From the NCBI GenBank assembly GCA_034520665.1, contig JAXHNJ010000003.1:11057-75056 (forward strand): a stretch of 64,000 bases of DNA, read 5' to 3'. This document shows, piece by piece, positions 27,556 to 38,041 of this stretch. The stretch's first letter is position 1, and the number at the start of each line of letters is the position of its first letter. Position numbers and translations under genes: made by a program. The notes under the pieces are model-generated. The model was not told where the DNA came from and searched no databases. It saw only the letters and a list, made by a program, of their open reading frames with translations. Origin of the DNA: Patescibacteria group bacterium. GTDB taxonomy: Bacteria; Patescibacteriota; Patescibacteriia; JAXHNJ01.

Positions 27556-29275
27556 ATTTTTAATTTTGAATTTATATCTGACCCTAGAGGATTCTCAAAC
27601 CATTGATGAAGGTCCTCATATTTCAGGCGGCTTAAGTTATTTAAAAACCGGTGATTTTCGTATTAACCCGGAACATCCTCCACTGGTCAAAGAGCTCTCA
27701 ACTTTACCCTTGTTAGGCCTTAATATCTCTATACCTACCGATCATGAAAGTTGGCATAATTATAACCAATGGGATTTTGGCCGTCAACTTATATACCACT
27801 CCTCTGCTTGGCCCGACACTATAGTTTTTTTAGCTCGACTCTTCCCTATTATTTTAGGCTTAATCCTCGGCTTTTATATTTACCGATGGGCTAAAGAAAT
27901 TTTTGGCTTTCAGTCCGGACTTTTGGCTTTATTTTTATATTGCCTCTCGCCTAACTTTATAGCCCACAGTCATCTAGTAACCACCGACACGGCCTTGGCT
28001 CTTTTCTTTGTTCTTATTATATACTATTTTGGTAAATATTTAAAAAATCCCAGTAAAAAAATACTTTTCGTAGCCGCTATTGTATTCGCCTTAGGTTTTA
28101 ACACTAAATATTCAGCTGTTTTATTTATTCCGGTTTTAATTTTTATCTACTTCTGGCATTGGCTAGTTAAAAAAGAAAAAACTAAACTGCGTTTAAAAAA
28201 ATTTTTATTAGTTTTTTTAGTATTTTTTGTTATAACGGCTGCTACTACTTTTATGCTTTATGGATTTGAAATGAAAAAACCACTTGAAGAGCCCCGAGTA
28301 CAAAAATTATACCAGGAAAGACAAGAACTAATTGACAAGAATTTAGTAAAAACCCAGCCGCTTTTTATCCAGCCTTTAGTTTCTTTAGCCAATCCGGAAA
28401 CCAAAACTGGTTCTTTTATTTATAATTTTGCTAAAAACATTTCAGTTCCGGCCTACACTTATTGGCGTGGCTTTTTTTCCGTTCTCAGTCATAATCATTG
28501 GGGTCATGGGGCCTACCTTATGGGTATGACTGGTACTCAAGGCTGGTGGTATTATTTTATAATAGCTTATTTAATAAAAACTCCTTTAACGACAGTTTTA
28601 CTCAGTCTATTTGTTTTTATTCTCTTTGTCTGGAAAAAAATTATAAAAAATATAGAAATACCTTTCTGGCAGAAAATTAAGAATATTGATTTTAAATATT
28701 GGCTGATTATCTGGCCGCCTTTAATATATTTTCTTTGGTCTTTAACTAGTCATATAAATTTGGGAGTAAGACATATTCTGCCGGTTTATCCTTTTATATT
28801 CATTGGTCTCTCTTCATTAGTCAGTATAAAAATAAGAAAAAGAAAAAGAAAAATTATTTATAATACCGGTTTAACTTTAATGATAATTTATTACCTGGCC
28901 ACTAATATAATGATTTTTCCCTTCTACCTTTCTTATTTTAACGAAGCTATTGGCGGGCCAGAAAACGGCCATCAATATCTGCTTGATTCTAATATAGACT
29001 GGGGACAGGATGTTAAAAGGCTCGAAAAATGGCTGGATAAAAATAATATTAAAAACTATCACACTTTGTTATTTGGCAGTCTTGATTCATCTTACTATTT
29101 GGATAACCAGCTATCTTTCCCTAAAAATGAAGAAGTGAGGCAAAACGGCATTTCTCCGGGTTATTATATAATTAGTGCTGGTCCTCTTTTTGATCCTAAT
29201 GGTGACTGGCATTGGCCTCATAAATATAAACCGATAAATAAAATTGGTTATTCTATCTATATTTACCAATTTTAA
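27452..29275 (+). CDS. GT-C fold (ArnT/PMT-like) membrane glycosyltransferase; start uncertain
   Basis: TIDEGPHISGG, INPEHPPLVK, HLVTTD, DSNIDWGQD; many TM segments. Confidence 0.88.
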   Translation: MLANKTPNSASPQKSRLNTFLKKYEKLLVILFLSIFLILNLYLTLEDSQTIDEGPHISGGLSYLKTGDFRINPEHPPLVKELSTLPLLGLNISIPTDHESWHNYNQWDFGRQLIYHSSAWPDTIVFLARLFPIILGLILGFYIYRWAKEIFGFQSGLLALFLYCLSPNFIAHSHLVTTDTALALFFVLIIYYFGKYLKNPSKKILFVAAIVFALGFNTKYSAVLFIPVLIFIYFWHWLVKKEKTKLRLKKFLLVFLVFFVITAATTFMLYGFEMKKPLEEPRVQKLYQERQELIDKNLVKTQPLFIQPLVSLANPETKTGSFIYNFAKNISVPAYTYWRGFFSVLSHNHWGHGAYLMGMTGTQGWWYYFIIAYLIKTPLTTVLLSLFVFILFVWKKIIKNIEIPFWQKIKNIDFKYWLIIWPPLIYFLWSLTSHINLGVRHILPVYPFIFIGLSSLVSIKIRKRKRKIIYNTGLTLMIIYYLATNIMIFPFYLSYFNEAIGGPENGHQYLLDSNIDWGQDVKRLEKWLDKNNIKNYHTLLFGSLDSSYYLDNQLSFPKNEEVRQNGISPGYYIISAGPLFDPNGDWHWPHKYKPINKIGYSIYIYQF

Positions 29276-29281
29276 AGGCGA

Positions 29282-29310
29282 TTGACTAAAAAGAAATATT
29301 ATGATATAAT
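29282..29310 (+). promoter_or_regulatory. promoter of the type IV pilus operon
   Basis: TTGACT-17 nt-TATAAT with extended -10 TG. Confidence 0.75.
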
Positions 29311-29351
29311 ATAGTTAATCTAGAGACAAAAATAAAAATTATTTATATATA

Positions 29352-31085
29352 ATGTTAAATAACAAAAAACTCAAAGAAATTTTACTGAAAAGAAAAGCAA
29401 TCAACAAAGAAGATCTGGAAAAAGCCCTAAAAAAAGCCAAAAATAAAAACAAGCCCTTAGCCAATTATTTACTGGATAATAATTTAGTTTCTGAGGAAGT
29501 CATCTATGAATCAATGGCTAAGGAATTTAATATTCCTTTTGTTGATCTTAAAGATCGGGTTATTCGAAAAGATATTCTCAATCTAATACCAGAGCCGATC
29601 GTACAGGTTCATAAAATTGTCGCTTTTGAAAAAACAGATAAAGGCTTAAAAATTGCTTGTCTGGATCCGGAAGATATCCAGACTTTTGAATTTATCGAGA
29701 AAAAAACTGATCTTAAGCCGATTATCCATATTACCACCCCGGAAAGTATAAAGTCAGTTTTAAAACAATACCATAAGGGTTTAAAAGCTGAATTCAAAGA
29801 TATTAAAGGAAAAAAAGACAAAGCAAGCGGCCCGGTTCAGGAAAAGGATTTAAAAAAATTAGCAGAAGACCTGCCAGTAGTTAGAATAATTGATACTATT
29901 TTAGAATATGCTATTTATGAAAATGCTTCTGATATACATATTGAACCAACTGAAAAAGAAACTATAATCCGCTATCGCATAGATGGAATATTGCGAGATG
30001 TTATGACTTTGCCCAAGAATGTTCAGTCAGGAGTAGTGGCCAGAATTAAAATATTATCAAATTTAAAAATAGACGAGCACCGCTTACCTCAAGACGGACG
30101 TTTTAAAATTAATACTGAAAATCAGAAAGTTTCTTTTCGAGTTTCCATTATTCCAGTTTTTGACGGAGAAAAAATTGTTTTAAGACTTTTGCGTGAATCT
30201 GCTCAAGTATTAACCTTGGAACAACTTGGCTTTTTAAAAAAACCGCTCGAAATTGTTAAAAATAATATCAAAAAGCCCCATGGTGTTATTCTAGTTACCG
30301 GACCTACTGGCAGCGGTAAAACCACTACTCTTTACTCTATTTTGAATATCTTAAATAAACCCAAGGTCAATATCTCAACCATCGAAGATCCGGTTGAGTA
30401 CCGCATGCCCCGACTTAATCAGAGCCAGGTTAATCCAAAAATAGGATTTACTTTTGCTGCTGGTCTTCGTTCGCTCCTTCGCCAAGACCCTAATATTATA
30501 ATGGTGGGTGAAATTCGGGATAAAGAAACCGCTGAAATCGCCGTCCACTCAGCTATGACCGGTCATCTGGTTCTCTCTACTCTTCACACCAATGACGCGG
30601 CCACTACTCTGCCCCGATTAACTAAGATGGGAGTGCCTTCTTTTTTAATTGCTTCAACTACTAATGTCATAATTGCCCAAAGATTAGTTAGAAAAATATG
30701 TCTGGGTTGTATTGAAAGTTATACTTTGACTAAAAAAAATATAAAAGAACTGGAAAAACAGGTTAACTTTAAAAAGGTTTTAGAGGCTCTGGAAAAAGAA
30801 GGAGCCATAGTCTCAGCTGATCAGGACTTAGATTCTTTACTTTTTTACAGAGGTAAAGGTTGTAAGAAATGCAATGGTGAGGGCTATAAAGGCCGTATTG
30901 GTATCTATGAGGTTTTGCCTAATACTGAAGCTATTCAAAAAATTATTTTAGAAGGCGGATCAGCCGAGGATATACATAGAAAAGCTGTGGAAGAAGGTAT
31001 GATCACTGTTACTAATGACGGGTTTTATAAAGCCAAAACTGGTATTACCACCATTGAAGAGGTATTAAGAGTAACCCAGGAATAA
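29352..31085 (+). CDS. pilB: type IV pilus assembly ATPase (PilB/GspE)
   Basis: ASDIHIEP, GPTGSGKTTT, TIEDPVEY, LRQDPNIIMVGEIRD, TGHLVLSTLHTN, Cys pairs. Confidence 0.95.
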   Translation: MLNNKKLKEILLKRKAINKEDLEKALKKAKNKNKPLANYLLDNNLVSEEVIYESMAKEFNIPFVDLKDRVIRKDILNLIPEPIVQVHKIVAFEKTDKGLKIACLDPEDIQTFEFIEKKTDLKPIIHITTPESIKSVLKQYHKGLKAEFKDIKGKKDKASGPVQEKDLKKLAEDLPVVRIIDTILEYAIYENASDIHIEPTEKETIIRYRIDGILRDVMTLPKNVQSGVVARIKILSNLKIDEHRLPQDGRFKINTENQKVSFRVSIIPVFDGEKIVLRLLRESAQVLTLEQLGFLKKPLEIVKNNIKKPHGVILVTGPTGSGKTTTLYSILNILNKPKVNISTIEDPVEYRMPRLNQSQVNPKIGFTFAAGLRSLLRQDPNIIMVGEIRDKETAEIAVHSAMTGHLVLSTLHTNDAATTLPRLTKMGVPSFLIASTTNVIIAQRLVRKICLGCIESYTLTKKNIKELEKQVNFKKVLEALEKEGAIVSADQDLDSLLFYRGKGCKKCNGEGYKGRIGIYEVLPNTEAIQKIILEGGSAEDIHRKAVEEGMITVTNDGFYKAKTGITTIEEVLRVTQE

Positions 31086-31092
31086 AAATAAT

Positions 31093-32307
31093 ATGACACT
31101 TTTTAAATACTCTGCCAGTACCAAAACTGGTAAAAAAGTAAAAGGCCAAAAAAAGGTCGAAAATAAAACAGAACTAGTTGATTATCTTAAGTCCCAGAAT
31201 TTAACTTTGACTTCTTCAGAAAAAAAAGAAAAAAAATCACAAGACTTGAATTCCTTTTTAAGTAAATTTGAACGAATTAAACTAACTGAAAAAATATTTT
31301 TTGTTAATAACCTGGAAGTCATGATGCGCTCAGGCTTTTCTATTGGTAAAGCTTTAGATGTTATTGCCGAGCAAACAAAATCAAAAAAATTAACTAATAT
31401 TCTTCATCAATTAAAAGAAAACGTAGAAAGTGGTCAGTCTTTTGCTGAAGCTCTAAAAGAACATAAAAAAGTTTTTGGCGAATTATTTATCAATATGATC
31501 GCCGCTGGTGAGGCTTCCGGGCAATTAGATGAAGTTCTCAAAAAACTTAAAATACAGATGAAAAAAGACCATACTTTAGTTTCAAAGGTTAAGGGGGCCT
31601 TAACTTATCCGATTATTGTAGTCTTAGCTATGATTGGCGTCGGTATTGCTATGATGGTTTTTGTCATACCCCAACTAACTACCGTTTTTGAAGAATCAGG
31701 GGCTGAATTACCTTTAATCACCCGCCTGCTTATAGGTCTAAGTTATTTTATTGTTGCCAATGGTTTGTGGTTAGTCATTGGTTTAGTTCTAATTGTAATC
31801 TTGCTTTTTCGTTTTAAAAAAACAAAAAAAGGCCAAAAAATATTTCATAAAATAAATTTGAAAATACCCATATTTTCCCCGATTGTAAAAAAAGTTAACT
31901 TAGCCCGTTTTTCCCGGTCACTGCATTCTCTTTTAAAAACCGACATTCCGATTGTTAAATCATTTGAAATTATAGCCAGAGTTTTAGGAAATATATATTA
32001 TCGAAATGCTGTTAATGAAGCGGCTGAAAAATTAAAAAAGGGTGTCTCCGTAAAAAAATCTCTGGAAAAATATCCGGACCTTTTCACGCCAGTGATTCTA
32101 CAAATGATATCGGTCGGTGAAGAAAGCGGTAATTTAGACACTATCACTGAGGAAATTTCTAATTTTTATGAAGAAGAAATAGACCAAACTATGGATAATT
32201 TATCTACTATTATAGAACCGGTTCTAATGCTGCTTTTAGGCGCCGGCGTAGCCGGCATGGCCGCGGCCATAATTTTACCAATTTATTCACTCTCGGAAGC
32301 TATTTAA
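31093..32307 (+). CDS. pilC: type IV pilus platform protein (PilC/GspF)
   Basis: GEASGQLD, ALTYP, GEESGNLD, IEPVLM. Confidence 0.95.
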   Translation: MTLFKYSASTKTGKKVKGQKKVENKTELVDYLKSQNLTLTSSEKKEKKSQDLNSFLSKFERIKLTEKIFFVNNLEVMMRSGFSIGKALDVIAEQTKSKKLTNILHQLKENVESGQSFAEALKEHKKVFGELFINMIAAGEASGQLDEVLKKLKIQMKKDHTLVSKVKGALTYPIIVVLAMIGVGIAMMVFVIPQLTTVFEESGAELPLITRLLIGLSYFIVANGLWLVIGLVLIVILLFRFKKTKKGQKIFHKINLKIPIFSPIVKKVNLARFSRSLHSLLKTDIPIVKSFEIIARVLGNIYYRNAVNEAAEKLKKGVSVKKSLEKYPDLFTPVILQMISVGEESGNLDTITEEISNFYEEEIDQTMDNLSTIIEPVLMLLLGAGVAGMAAAIILPIYSLSEAI

Positions 32308-33261
32308 ATGAAAGATCAAAGTAAAAAAAAGGGTTTTACCCTGATAGAATCCTTAGTGGCTATTTTTGTTATGTCTTTACTTATTTTTATCTATGCTAAT
32401 ACAACCTATTATATCCGCCTGGCCACTGAACTTAAACAAACTATCCAAGCTTATAACATTGCTCAGGAAGAAATCGAAGCCTTAAGATTTTTACCTTTCT
32501 CTTCTCTGACCAATCAAACAGAAGGAAATTTTTTAAATGTGCTCTATAATCAAGGTCAATGGCAAGTCAATCAAAATGGTTCTAACAATTATTATGAAAC
32601 CTTTTCACAGGATATTTCTGATCTAACCAGCCAAGCATTATTACCTCTTTCAGGCTTAAGTGATTTTGATCTGGAAACCGATATATACATAGATTCTGAT
32701 TCACCAGCCAATTGGTCGACTGGTTTTTTCATTCGAGCCCAGGACAAAAATAACAATTATAAAATTATTTTTAACTCTGATAATTTTTATTTTTATAAAA
32801 CCGTATCCGGAGTAGAAACAGAAATTTTTTCTACTTCTCTGCCTACCACCACTGACAGCTGGAATACTTATAAAATCTCAGCTAACAGTAATAACTTTGA
32901 ATTTTTCCGCAACTCAACTTCTATCGGTACAGCCAATGACCCGGATACTATTTTTGATAGTGGTAAAATTTCTTTAATTGGCATAAATGGTATAAAAGCC
33001 CGATTTGATAATGTTAAAATAAATTCAAGCCTTGTTGATAACGGAGATTTTTCTTCCGGTCCTCTTGGCGAGGTAGCACAAAATTGGCAATGGTTAAGTC
33101 TTTATTCTTTACCCCAGGCCAAAGCTCAGTTAACAATTTCTGATTACTCTTCAAATCCTAATATCAAACAAGTTATTGCTGAAATTGAATGGCAGTCCCC
33201 ACAGAAAACAAAAAATATAAGCCTAGAAACATTAATAAGTAAATATGGTATACATGAATAA
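32308..33261 (+). CDS. minor pilin (PilV-like) with a large inserted beta-rich domain
   Basis: class III signal KKG/FTLIE; internal segment resembling a concanavalin-A/DUF1080-type fold (SGKISL..ARFDNVKI). Confidence 0.8.
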   Translation: MKDQSKKKGFTLIESLVAIFVMSLLIFIYANTTYYIRLATELKQTIQAYNIAQEEIEALRFLPFSSLTNQTEGNFLNVLYNQGQWQVNQNGSNNYYETFSQDISDLTSQALLPLSGLSDFDLETDIYIDSDSPANWSTGFFIRAQDKNNNYKIIFNSDNFYFYKTVSGVETEIFSTSLPTTTDSWNTYKISANSNNFEFFRNSTSIGTANDPDTIFDSGKISLIGINGIKARFDNVKINSSLVDNGDFSSGPLGEVAQNWQWLSLYSLPQAKAQLTISDYSSNPNIKQVIAEIEWQSPQKTKNISLETLISKYGIHE

Positions 33262-33805
33262 AAAAAAGGGCATGACTCTTGCTGAAATGCTAATTTCTAT
33301 TTCTATTATCTCAATTGTAGCCCTTGTTTTATCATTATTAATAATTTCTTCTTATTCAATTGTTCGCATCCAGCGCTCTTACCTTAATTTACAACAGGAG
33401 AGCACTAGTGCTTTAAAAAATATTTCAAATTCTTTAAATCTTTCCAGTGAAATAGTTAATTATCCTCAATCAACTCCTACCTATTATTCTAATAAAAATA
33501 CTCTGGCCTTAAAAATAAATGCCATAGACGAGGCCAATACTCCCCTAGAAAGCACTTATGATTATTTTATATATTATCTGGAAGATAACCAGTTAAAATT
33601 AAAAATTGACGCTGATCCTCTTAGTACTGGACGAGAAGATAAGGTAAAAGTTATCAGTACTTTTGTCGATAATGTAATTTTTCGATATAATGAAGTTGAT
33701 CCGGTTAACGCCAATTATGTTTCAATTACCTTAATAGCCTCTGACACGATTGGTAATCAGAAAAAAGAAACCATTTTTCAAACAAGTTCTTATTTAAGAA
33801 ATTAA
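33254..33805 (+). CDS. minor pilin (PilW-like)
   Basis: MNKKKG/MTLAE prepilin cleavage motif. Confidence 0.85.
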   Translation: MNKKKGMTLAEMLISISIISIVALVLSLLIISSYSIVRIQRSYLNLQQESTSALKNISNSLNLSSEIVNYPQSTPTYYSNKNTLALKINAIDEANTPLESTYDYFIYYLEDNQLKLKIDADPLSTGREDKVKVISTFVDNVIFRYNEVDPVNANYVSITLIASDTIGNQKKETIFQTSSYLRN

Positions 33806-33808
33806 GCT

Positions 33809-35614
33809 ATGAATAATAAAGGACAAATTTTAGCCATAGTCGTTACTTTTTTAGGAGTTTCTGTTTTATTAACAGCCGTCCTAATAAGTTTTATTATTGG
33901 TAACAACTATATTGTCCAGAAAAGATACCAGCAAAAAATAGCCTTTAATTTAGCTGAGGCCGGTATTGACAAAGCTATTGAAGAAATCAATCAAGATAGC
34001 AGTTTCAGCGGTGAAAATGTTGATCTTGACTTGGGTTCTTTTTCCAACAATGTTACCAGCTTATCCGGTAATACTATGCAAATTGAATCCACTGGTTATT
34101 ATCCTTCGGCGGCCCAGGCAAAGACTTCTAAAACCGTGCGAGCACAAATAGAATTAAACACTGATGACGTGGCCTTTCACTATGGCGTTCAGGTTGGTGC
34201 CGGCGGAATTGCCATGGCTAATAATTCTGAAATTTTCGGTAATGTTTATTCCAATGGAAACATCACTGGTTCAGGGATAATAAACGGTACTGCTCAAGTG
34301 GCCACTGGCTCTCAGTTCAGCTATTCGCATGAAGTCCAAAGCTTAGGTGTTGATGGCCAGCAGGTTTTTGGCCAGGCCTCGCCGGTCCTTGATTTAGCCC
34401 AAAGTTTTAAGGTGGATCAGGAAGCGCCGATCGCCCAGGTGGCCCTAAAATTAAAAAAAAGATGTAATAATCCAGCCCAGTGTCCGCCAAATTTAACCTT
34501 AAGAATTTTAGGCGATGACAACGGCTCGCCAGATAAAAACAATGTTCTTGCTTCAGGAATTTTATATGCCAGCCAAGTTTCAAGAAACGATTTCGGCTGG
34601 ATTAATATTACCTTAACCTCTAACCCAATTTTGAGTGCTGACACTACTTACTGGCTGATGCTGGATACTTCGGCTAATGCCAATCGTTACTGGTGGTGGG
34701 CTAAAGACAAAAATCAGGGCTATGGCAATGGCCTGGCTAAGTATTCACCAAACTGGGATGACACCAATCCTTTATGGACGGAAATAATCGGAGATTTAAA
34801 TTTTCAAATTTATTTGGGCACTAACTCTACTTATCTGGACGGTCCGGCCGTAAATGATGATGTTTTTGCCTACGAAATAAAAAATTCAAATATAAGCGGC
34901 GAGGCTTATTATACTTTCATTGATTCAGCCAGTCGAGTGCAGGGTTCTCCCTGTCCGAATGAATACTGCCATCCGGACACACCGGCCCCACCTTTGTCTA
35001 ATCTCCCTATTTCCGAGGTCAATATTCTTGATTGGAAAAAAGAGGCCGAAGCCGGTGAAACTATTGAAGGTGATTATAGTCTTTCCGGCACCACCGCTCT
35101 GGGACCAGCCGTTATAAATGGAAATCTAACCATTGAAATAAACGCTGTATTAGAGCTGACCGGCACGGTTTATGTCAAGGGCGATATCAGCATTATCAAT
35201 AACGCGCAAATATACCTAGCCTCTGAATATGGCTCTTTAAGCGGCTTAATTATCGCTGATGGCAAAATTGATGTCCAAAACAATGTCTTTTTCTGCGGTT
35301 CTGGCTATTCGACCGGTCCAACTTGCGACACCAGCAACAATAGTTTTATTATGCTTCTCTCCACCAGTGATAAGGCTACTGACAGCGATCCAGCTATTGA
35401 TGTCATGAACAACGCCAAAGCGGTAATTTTTTACGCCGGTCAAGGCGCTATCAAAATGCATAATAACGCCGGTGTTTATGAAGCAACGGCTTATAAACTG
35501 ATACTTGAGCAAAACGCCACGGTTGAATACGATCACGGCTTGGCCAATGCCAGCTTCTCTTCCGGGCCCGGTGCTAGCTGGGCTTTGAAAAAAGGCACCT
35601 GGCAGGTATACTAA
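33809..35614 (+). CDS. PilX-like minor pilin with large extracellular domains
   Basis: NKG/QILA leader lacking Glu5, AFNLAEAGID, C-terminal KKGTWQ. Confidence 0.8.
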   Translation: MNNKGQILAIVVTFLGVSVLLTAVLISFIIGNNYIVQKRYQQKIAFNLAEAGIDKAIEEINQDSSFSGENVDLDLGSFSNNVTSLSGNTMQIESTGYYPSAAQAKTSKTVRAQIELNTDDVAFHYGVQVGAGGIAMANNSEIFGNVYSNGNITGSGIINGTAQVATGSQFSYSHEVQSLGVDGQQVFGQASPVLDLAQSFKVDQEAPIAQVALKLKKRCNNPAQCPPNLTLRILGDDNGSPDKNNVLASGILYASQVSRNDFGWINITLTSNPILSADTTYWLMLDTSANANRYWWWAKDKNQGYGNGLAKYSPNWDDTNPLWTEIIGDLNFQIYLGTNSTYLDGPAVNDDVFAYEIKNSNISGEAYYTFIDSASRVQGSPCPNEYCHPDTPAPPLSNLPISEVNILDWKKEAEAGETIEGDYSLSGTTALGPAVINGNLTIEINAVLELTGTVYVKGDISIINNAQIYLASEYGSLSGLIIADGKIDVQNNVFFCGSGYSTGPTCDTSNNSFIMLLSTSDKATDSDPAIDVMNNAKAVIFYAGQGAIKMHNNAGVYEATAYKLILEQNATVEYDHGLANASFSSGPGASWALKKGTWQVY

Positions 35615-35618
35615 TAAT

Positions 35619-36662
35619 ATGTTTAAATTAAATCCATTTAAAAACTCGTTTGGCCTTGATTTATCGGAAGATGCTATCCGGTTGGTTAAAATTGATAAAA
35701 AGAAAAAAAAATTAATTAGTCTTAATGAAGAAAATATAGAGCCTGGAATTATTGAAGATGGTGAAATTAAAGAAGAAAAAAAATTAAAAAAATATATAAG
35801 TAAATTAATAGAAAAACCACATGGTCATAAATTAAGAACCAAATTTGTTCACTGCGGTATACCGGAAAGAAAAACTTTTATCAAATTAATAGAAGTAAAT
35901 AATCGCCACAAGTCTAGTCTTTCCGAAGCTATTAAATGGGAAGCTTCACAACATATTCCTTTTAGTCCGGATAAAATTTATCTTGATTGGAATATTATTA
36001 AAACAAAAAATGCTAACAATAACGCCAGCGTACTTGTCGGAGCCGCTCCCAAAATAATTATTGATTCATATTCTAAAATCATAAATTCAGTAAATTTAAC
36101 CCCATTATCTTTTGAAATGGAATCCGTAGCCACTATCCGTGCGATAATTGCTCAAAATAATAAAATTTCCCAAACAACTTTAGTTATAGATTTAGGCGGT
36201 AATCACACAAACTTAATAATTTTTGACAGAAATTCAATCCAATTTTCATCCTCACTTACATTTTCCGGTGAAAAAATAACAAAAAAAATTATGGAGAAGC
36301 TTAAAATAAACAGAGAAGATGCTGAAAAACTTAAAATACTTTACGGGCTTGAGAAAAAAAAGGGCAAGGGTAAAATAAGAAAGGTCATAGAACCTGAATT
36401 TAATAAATTAACAGATAAAATAAACGAAATTGAAAGCTTCTATATAAATCATTTTCCTCATAGTAATAAAATTAAAGATATTATTCTTTGCGGCGGTGGC
36501 TCTCAGCTAAAATATCTTCCTCAACTTATCAGTCATAAAACTAAAAAATCCACCATCCTAGCTAATCCACTAAACTATCTCAATTCTGATAAAAAAATTA
36601 AAAATATTATTAAGAAAAACTCACCTTCATTTACCACCGCTATTGGTCTGGCTCTAAAATAA
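35619..36662 (+). CDS. pilM: type IV pilus alignment protein PilM
   Basis: FGLDLS, WEASQHIPF, VIDLGG, ILCGGGS, AIGLAL (actin/FtsA-like). Confidence 0.92.
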   Translation: MFKLNPFKNSFGLDLSEDAIRLVKIDKKKKKLISLNEENIEPGIIEDGEIKEEKKLKKYISKLIEKPHGHKLRTKFVHCGIPERKTFIKLIEVNNRHKSSLSEAIKWEASQHIPFSPDKIYLDWNIIKTKNANNNASVLVGAAPKIIIDSYSKIINSVNLTPLSFEMESVATIRAIIAQNNKISQTTLVIDLGGNHTNLIIFDRNSIQFSSSLTFSGEKITKKIMEKLKINREDAEKLKILYGLEKKKGKGKIRKVIEPEFNKLTDKINEIESFYINHFPHSNKIKDIILCGGGSQLKYLPQLISHKTKKSTILANPLNYLNSDKKIKNIIKKNSPSFTTAIGLALK

Positions 36663-36670
36663 ATATATTT

Positions 36671-37240
36671 ATGATTAAATTAAATCTACTTTCAAATCAA
36701 AAGAAGAAAGAACTTAAAGAGTACAAAATTCTTAACACCTTTAGAATAGCTTCTTATTTGGTTATAGTTTTTTTAGTTTTGATCATTATGTCTTTGTATG
36801 GCGTTAGTTATTATCTTAGTAACCAGGTAAAAGAAATTAGTGATAAAAATGAAGCTAGTCAAAATAGACAGTCACAAGAAGGTAATATTAGTTATTCAAA
36901 AACAATATCTGAAATAAATAGTGATATTCAAGATATAAAAAAAATACAATCTGATTATATAATTTTTTCCGATTATCTTAAAGATTATACCAAGATAATC
37001 CCCTCTGATCTGAAGCTTACAAATCTGAGTGTAAATAACGAAACTAATCTTATACAAATAAAAGGTCTGGCTCCTACCCGCGAGGTTTTTTTGCAATTTA
37101 AAACAAATTTGGAAAACTCTAATCTCATTAAAGAAATAGATTCTCCCATTTCAAATTTAATAAAAAAAGTTAATGTGGATTTTACTATTAGTGGAAAAAT
37201 GATATTAGACAGTTATAATATCAACAATTATGAAATTTAA
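36671..37240 (+). CDS. pilN: PilN-like protein
   Basis: N-terminal IKLNLL motif, TM, coiled coil; follows pilM. Confidence 0.8.
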   Translation: MIKLNLLSNQKKKELKEYKILNTFRIASYLVIVFLVLIIMSLYGVSYYLSNQVKEISDKNEASQNRQSQEGNISYSKTISEINSDIQDIKKIQSDYIIFSDYLKDYTKIIPSDLKLTNLSVNNETNLIQIKGLAPTREVFLQFKTNLENSNLIKEIDSPISNLIKKVNVDFTISGKMILDSYNINNYEI

Positions 37241-37760
37241 AGAAATAAAATTAATTTATACGGCTGTTTTATTAGGAGCTATTATAGCTGTCTATATTTT
37301 TTTAGTAATGCCTTTAAGATCATCAATAAGTCAAACCAGACAAAATCTGCAAAATCAAAAAATAACCCAAGAAATACTTAAAAACCGTTCAGAGAATATT
37401 AGCACTTATAAAAAAGATATTGAGGAAATTAAGACTAAAAAAAACCGTTTAGAAGATATGTTTATAAGCTCCGAAAAACAAATTGATTTTTTCCGGCAAT
37501 TAGAGAATGTTGCCAAAGATTTAAACTTAAACTTAAATTATACCCTTGAGCAAACTTCTAATAATAAAGATAATATAAAAACCGTTAATCTAAAGATTAA
37601 ACTTGACGGAGCCTATACTGATAATCTTAAATACCTAGCTTCATTAGAGGCTTTACCTTATTATATTAAAACTAGTAATATTAGCTTTACCAATAGTAAT
37701 AATTCTAATATCACCGTCAATATTCAAGCAATAACTTATTGGCAAAACAATGAAAATTAA
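37230..37760 (+). CDS. pilO: PilO-like protein
   Basis: TM plus coiled coil, GAYTDNLKYLASLEALPY; follows pilN. Confidence 0.78.
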   Translation: MKFKEIKLIYTAVLLGAIIAVYIFLVMPLRSSISQTRQNLQNQKITQEILKNRSENISTYKKDIEEIKTKKNRLEDMFISSEKQIDFFRQLENVAKDLNLNLNYTLEQTSNNKDNIKTVNLKIKLDGAYTDNLKYLASLEALPYYIKTSNISFTNSNNSNITVNIQAITYWQNNEN

Positions 37761-38016
37761 TTTTGATAAAGAAAAAATTTATAAATTATTCAAGAAAAAT
37801 ATAGTAATTTTAATAATAATTATATTTTCTATAGTTTTTTTAGAAAACCTCTATTTCATTTATAAAAATATAAGAGAACCAAGCATTAATGAAGCTCAGC
37901 TTTCAAGTCAAGAAGAAAAAATTAATAATAAATTATATAATCAAATAATTGAAAAAGATAATAAAAAAACCAATCCAAGAATTGATCGGATGGATAATTT
38001 GAATAACCCTTTTTAA
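37750..38016 (+). CDS. small membrane protein ending the pil operon (PilP position)
   Basis: single TM, C-terminal NNPF. Confidence 0.65.
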   Translation: MKINFDKEKIYKLFKKNIVILIIIIFSIVFLENLYFIYKNIREPSINEAQLSSQEEKINNKLYNQIIEKDNKKTNPRIDRMDNLNNPF

Positions 38017-38041
38017 TAAGTTTTAATTAAAAAAGTGTTTA

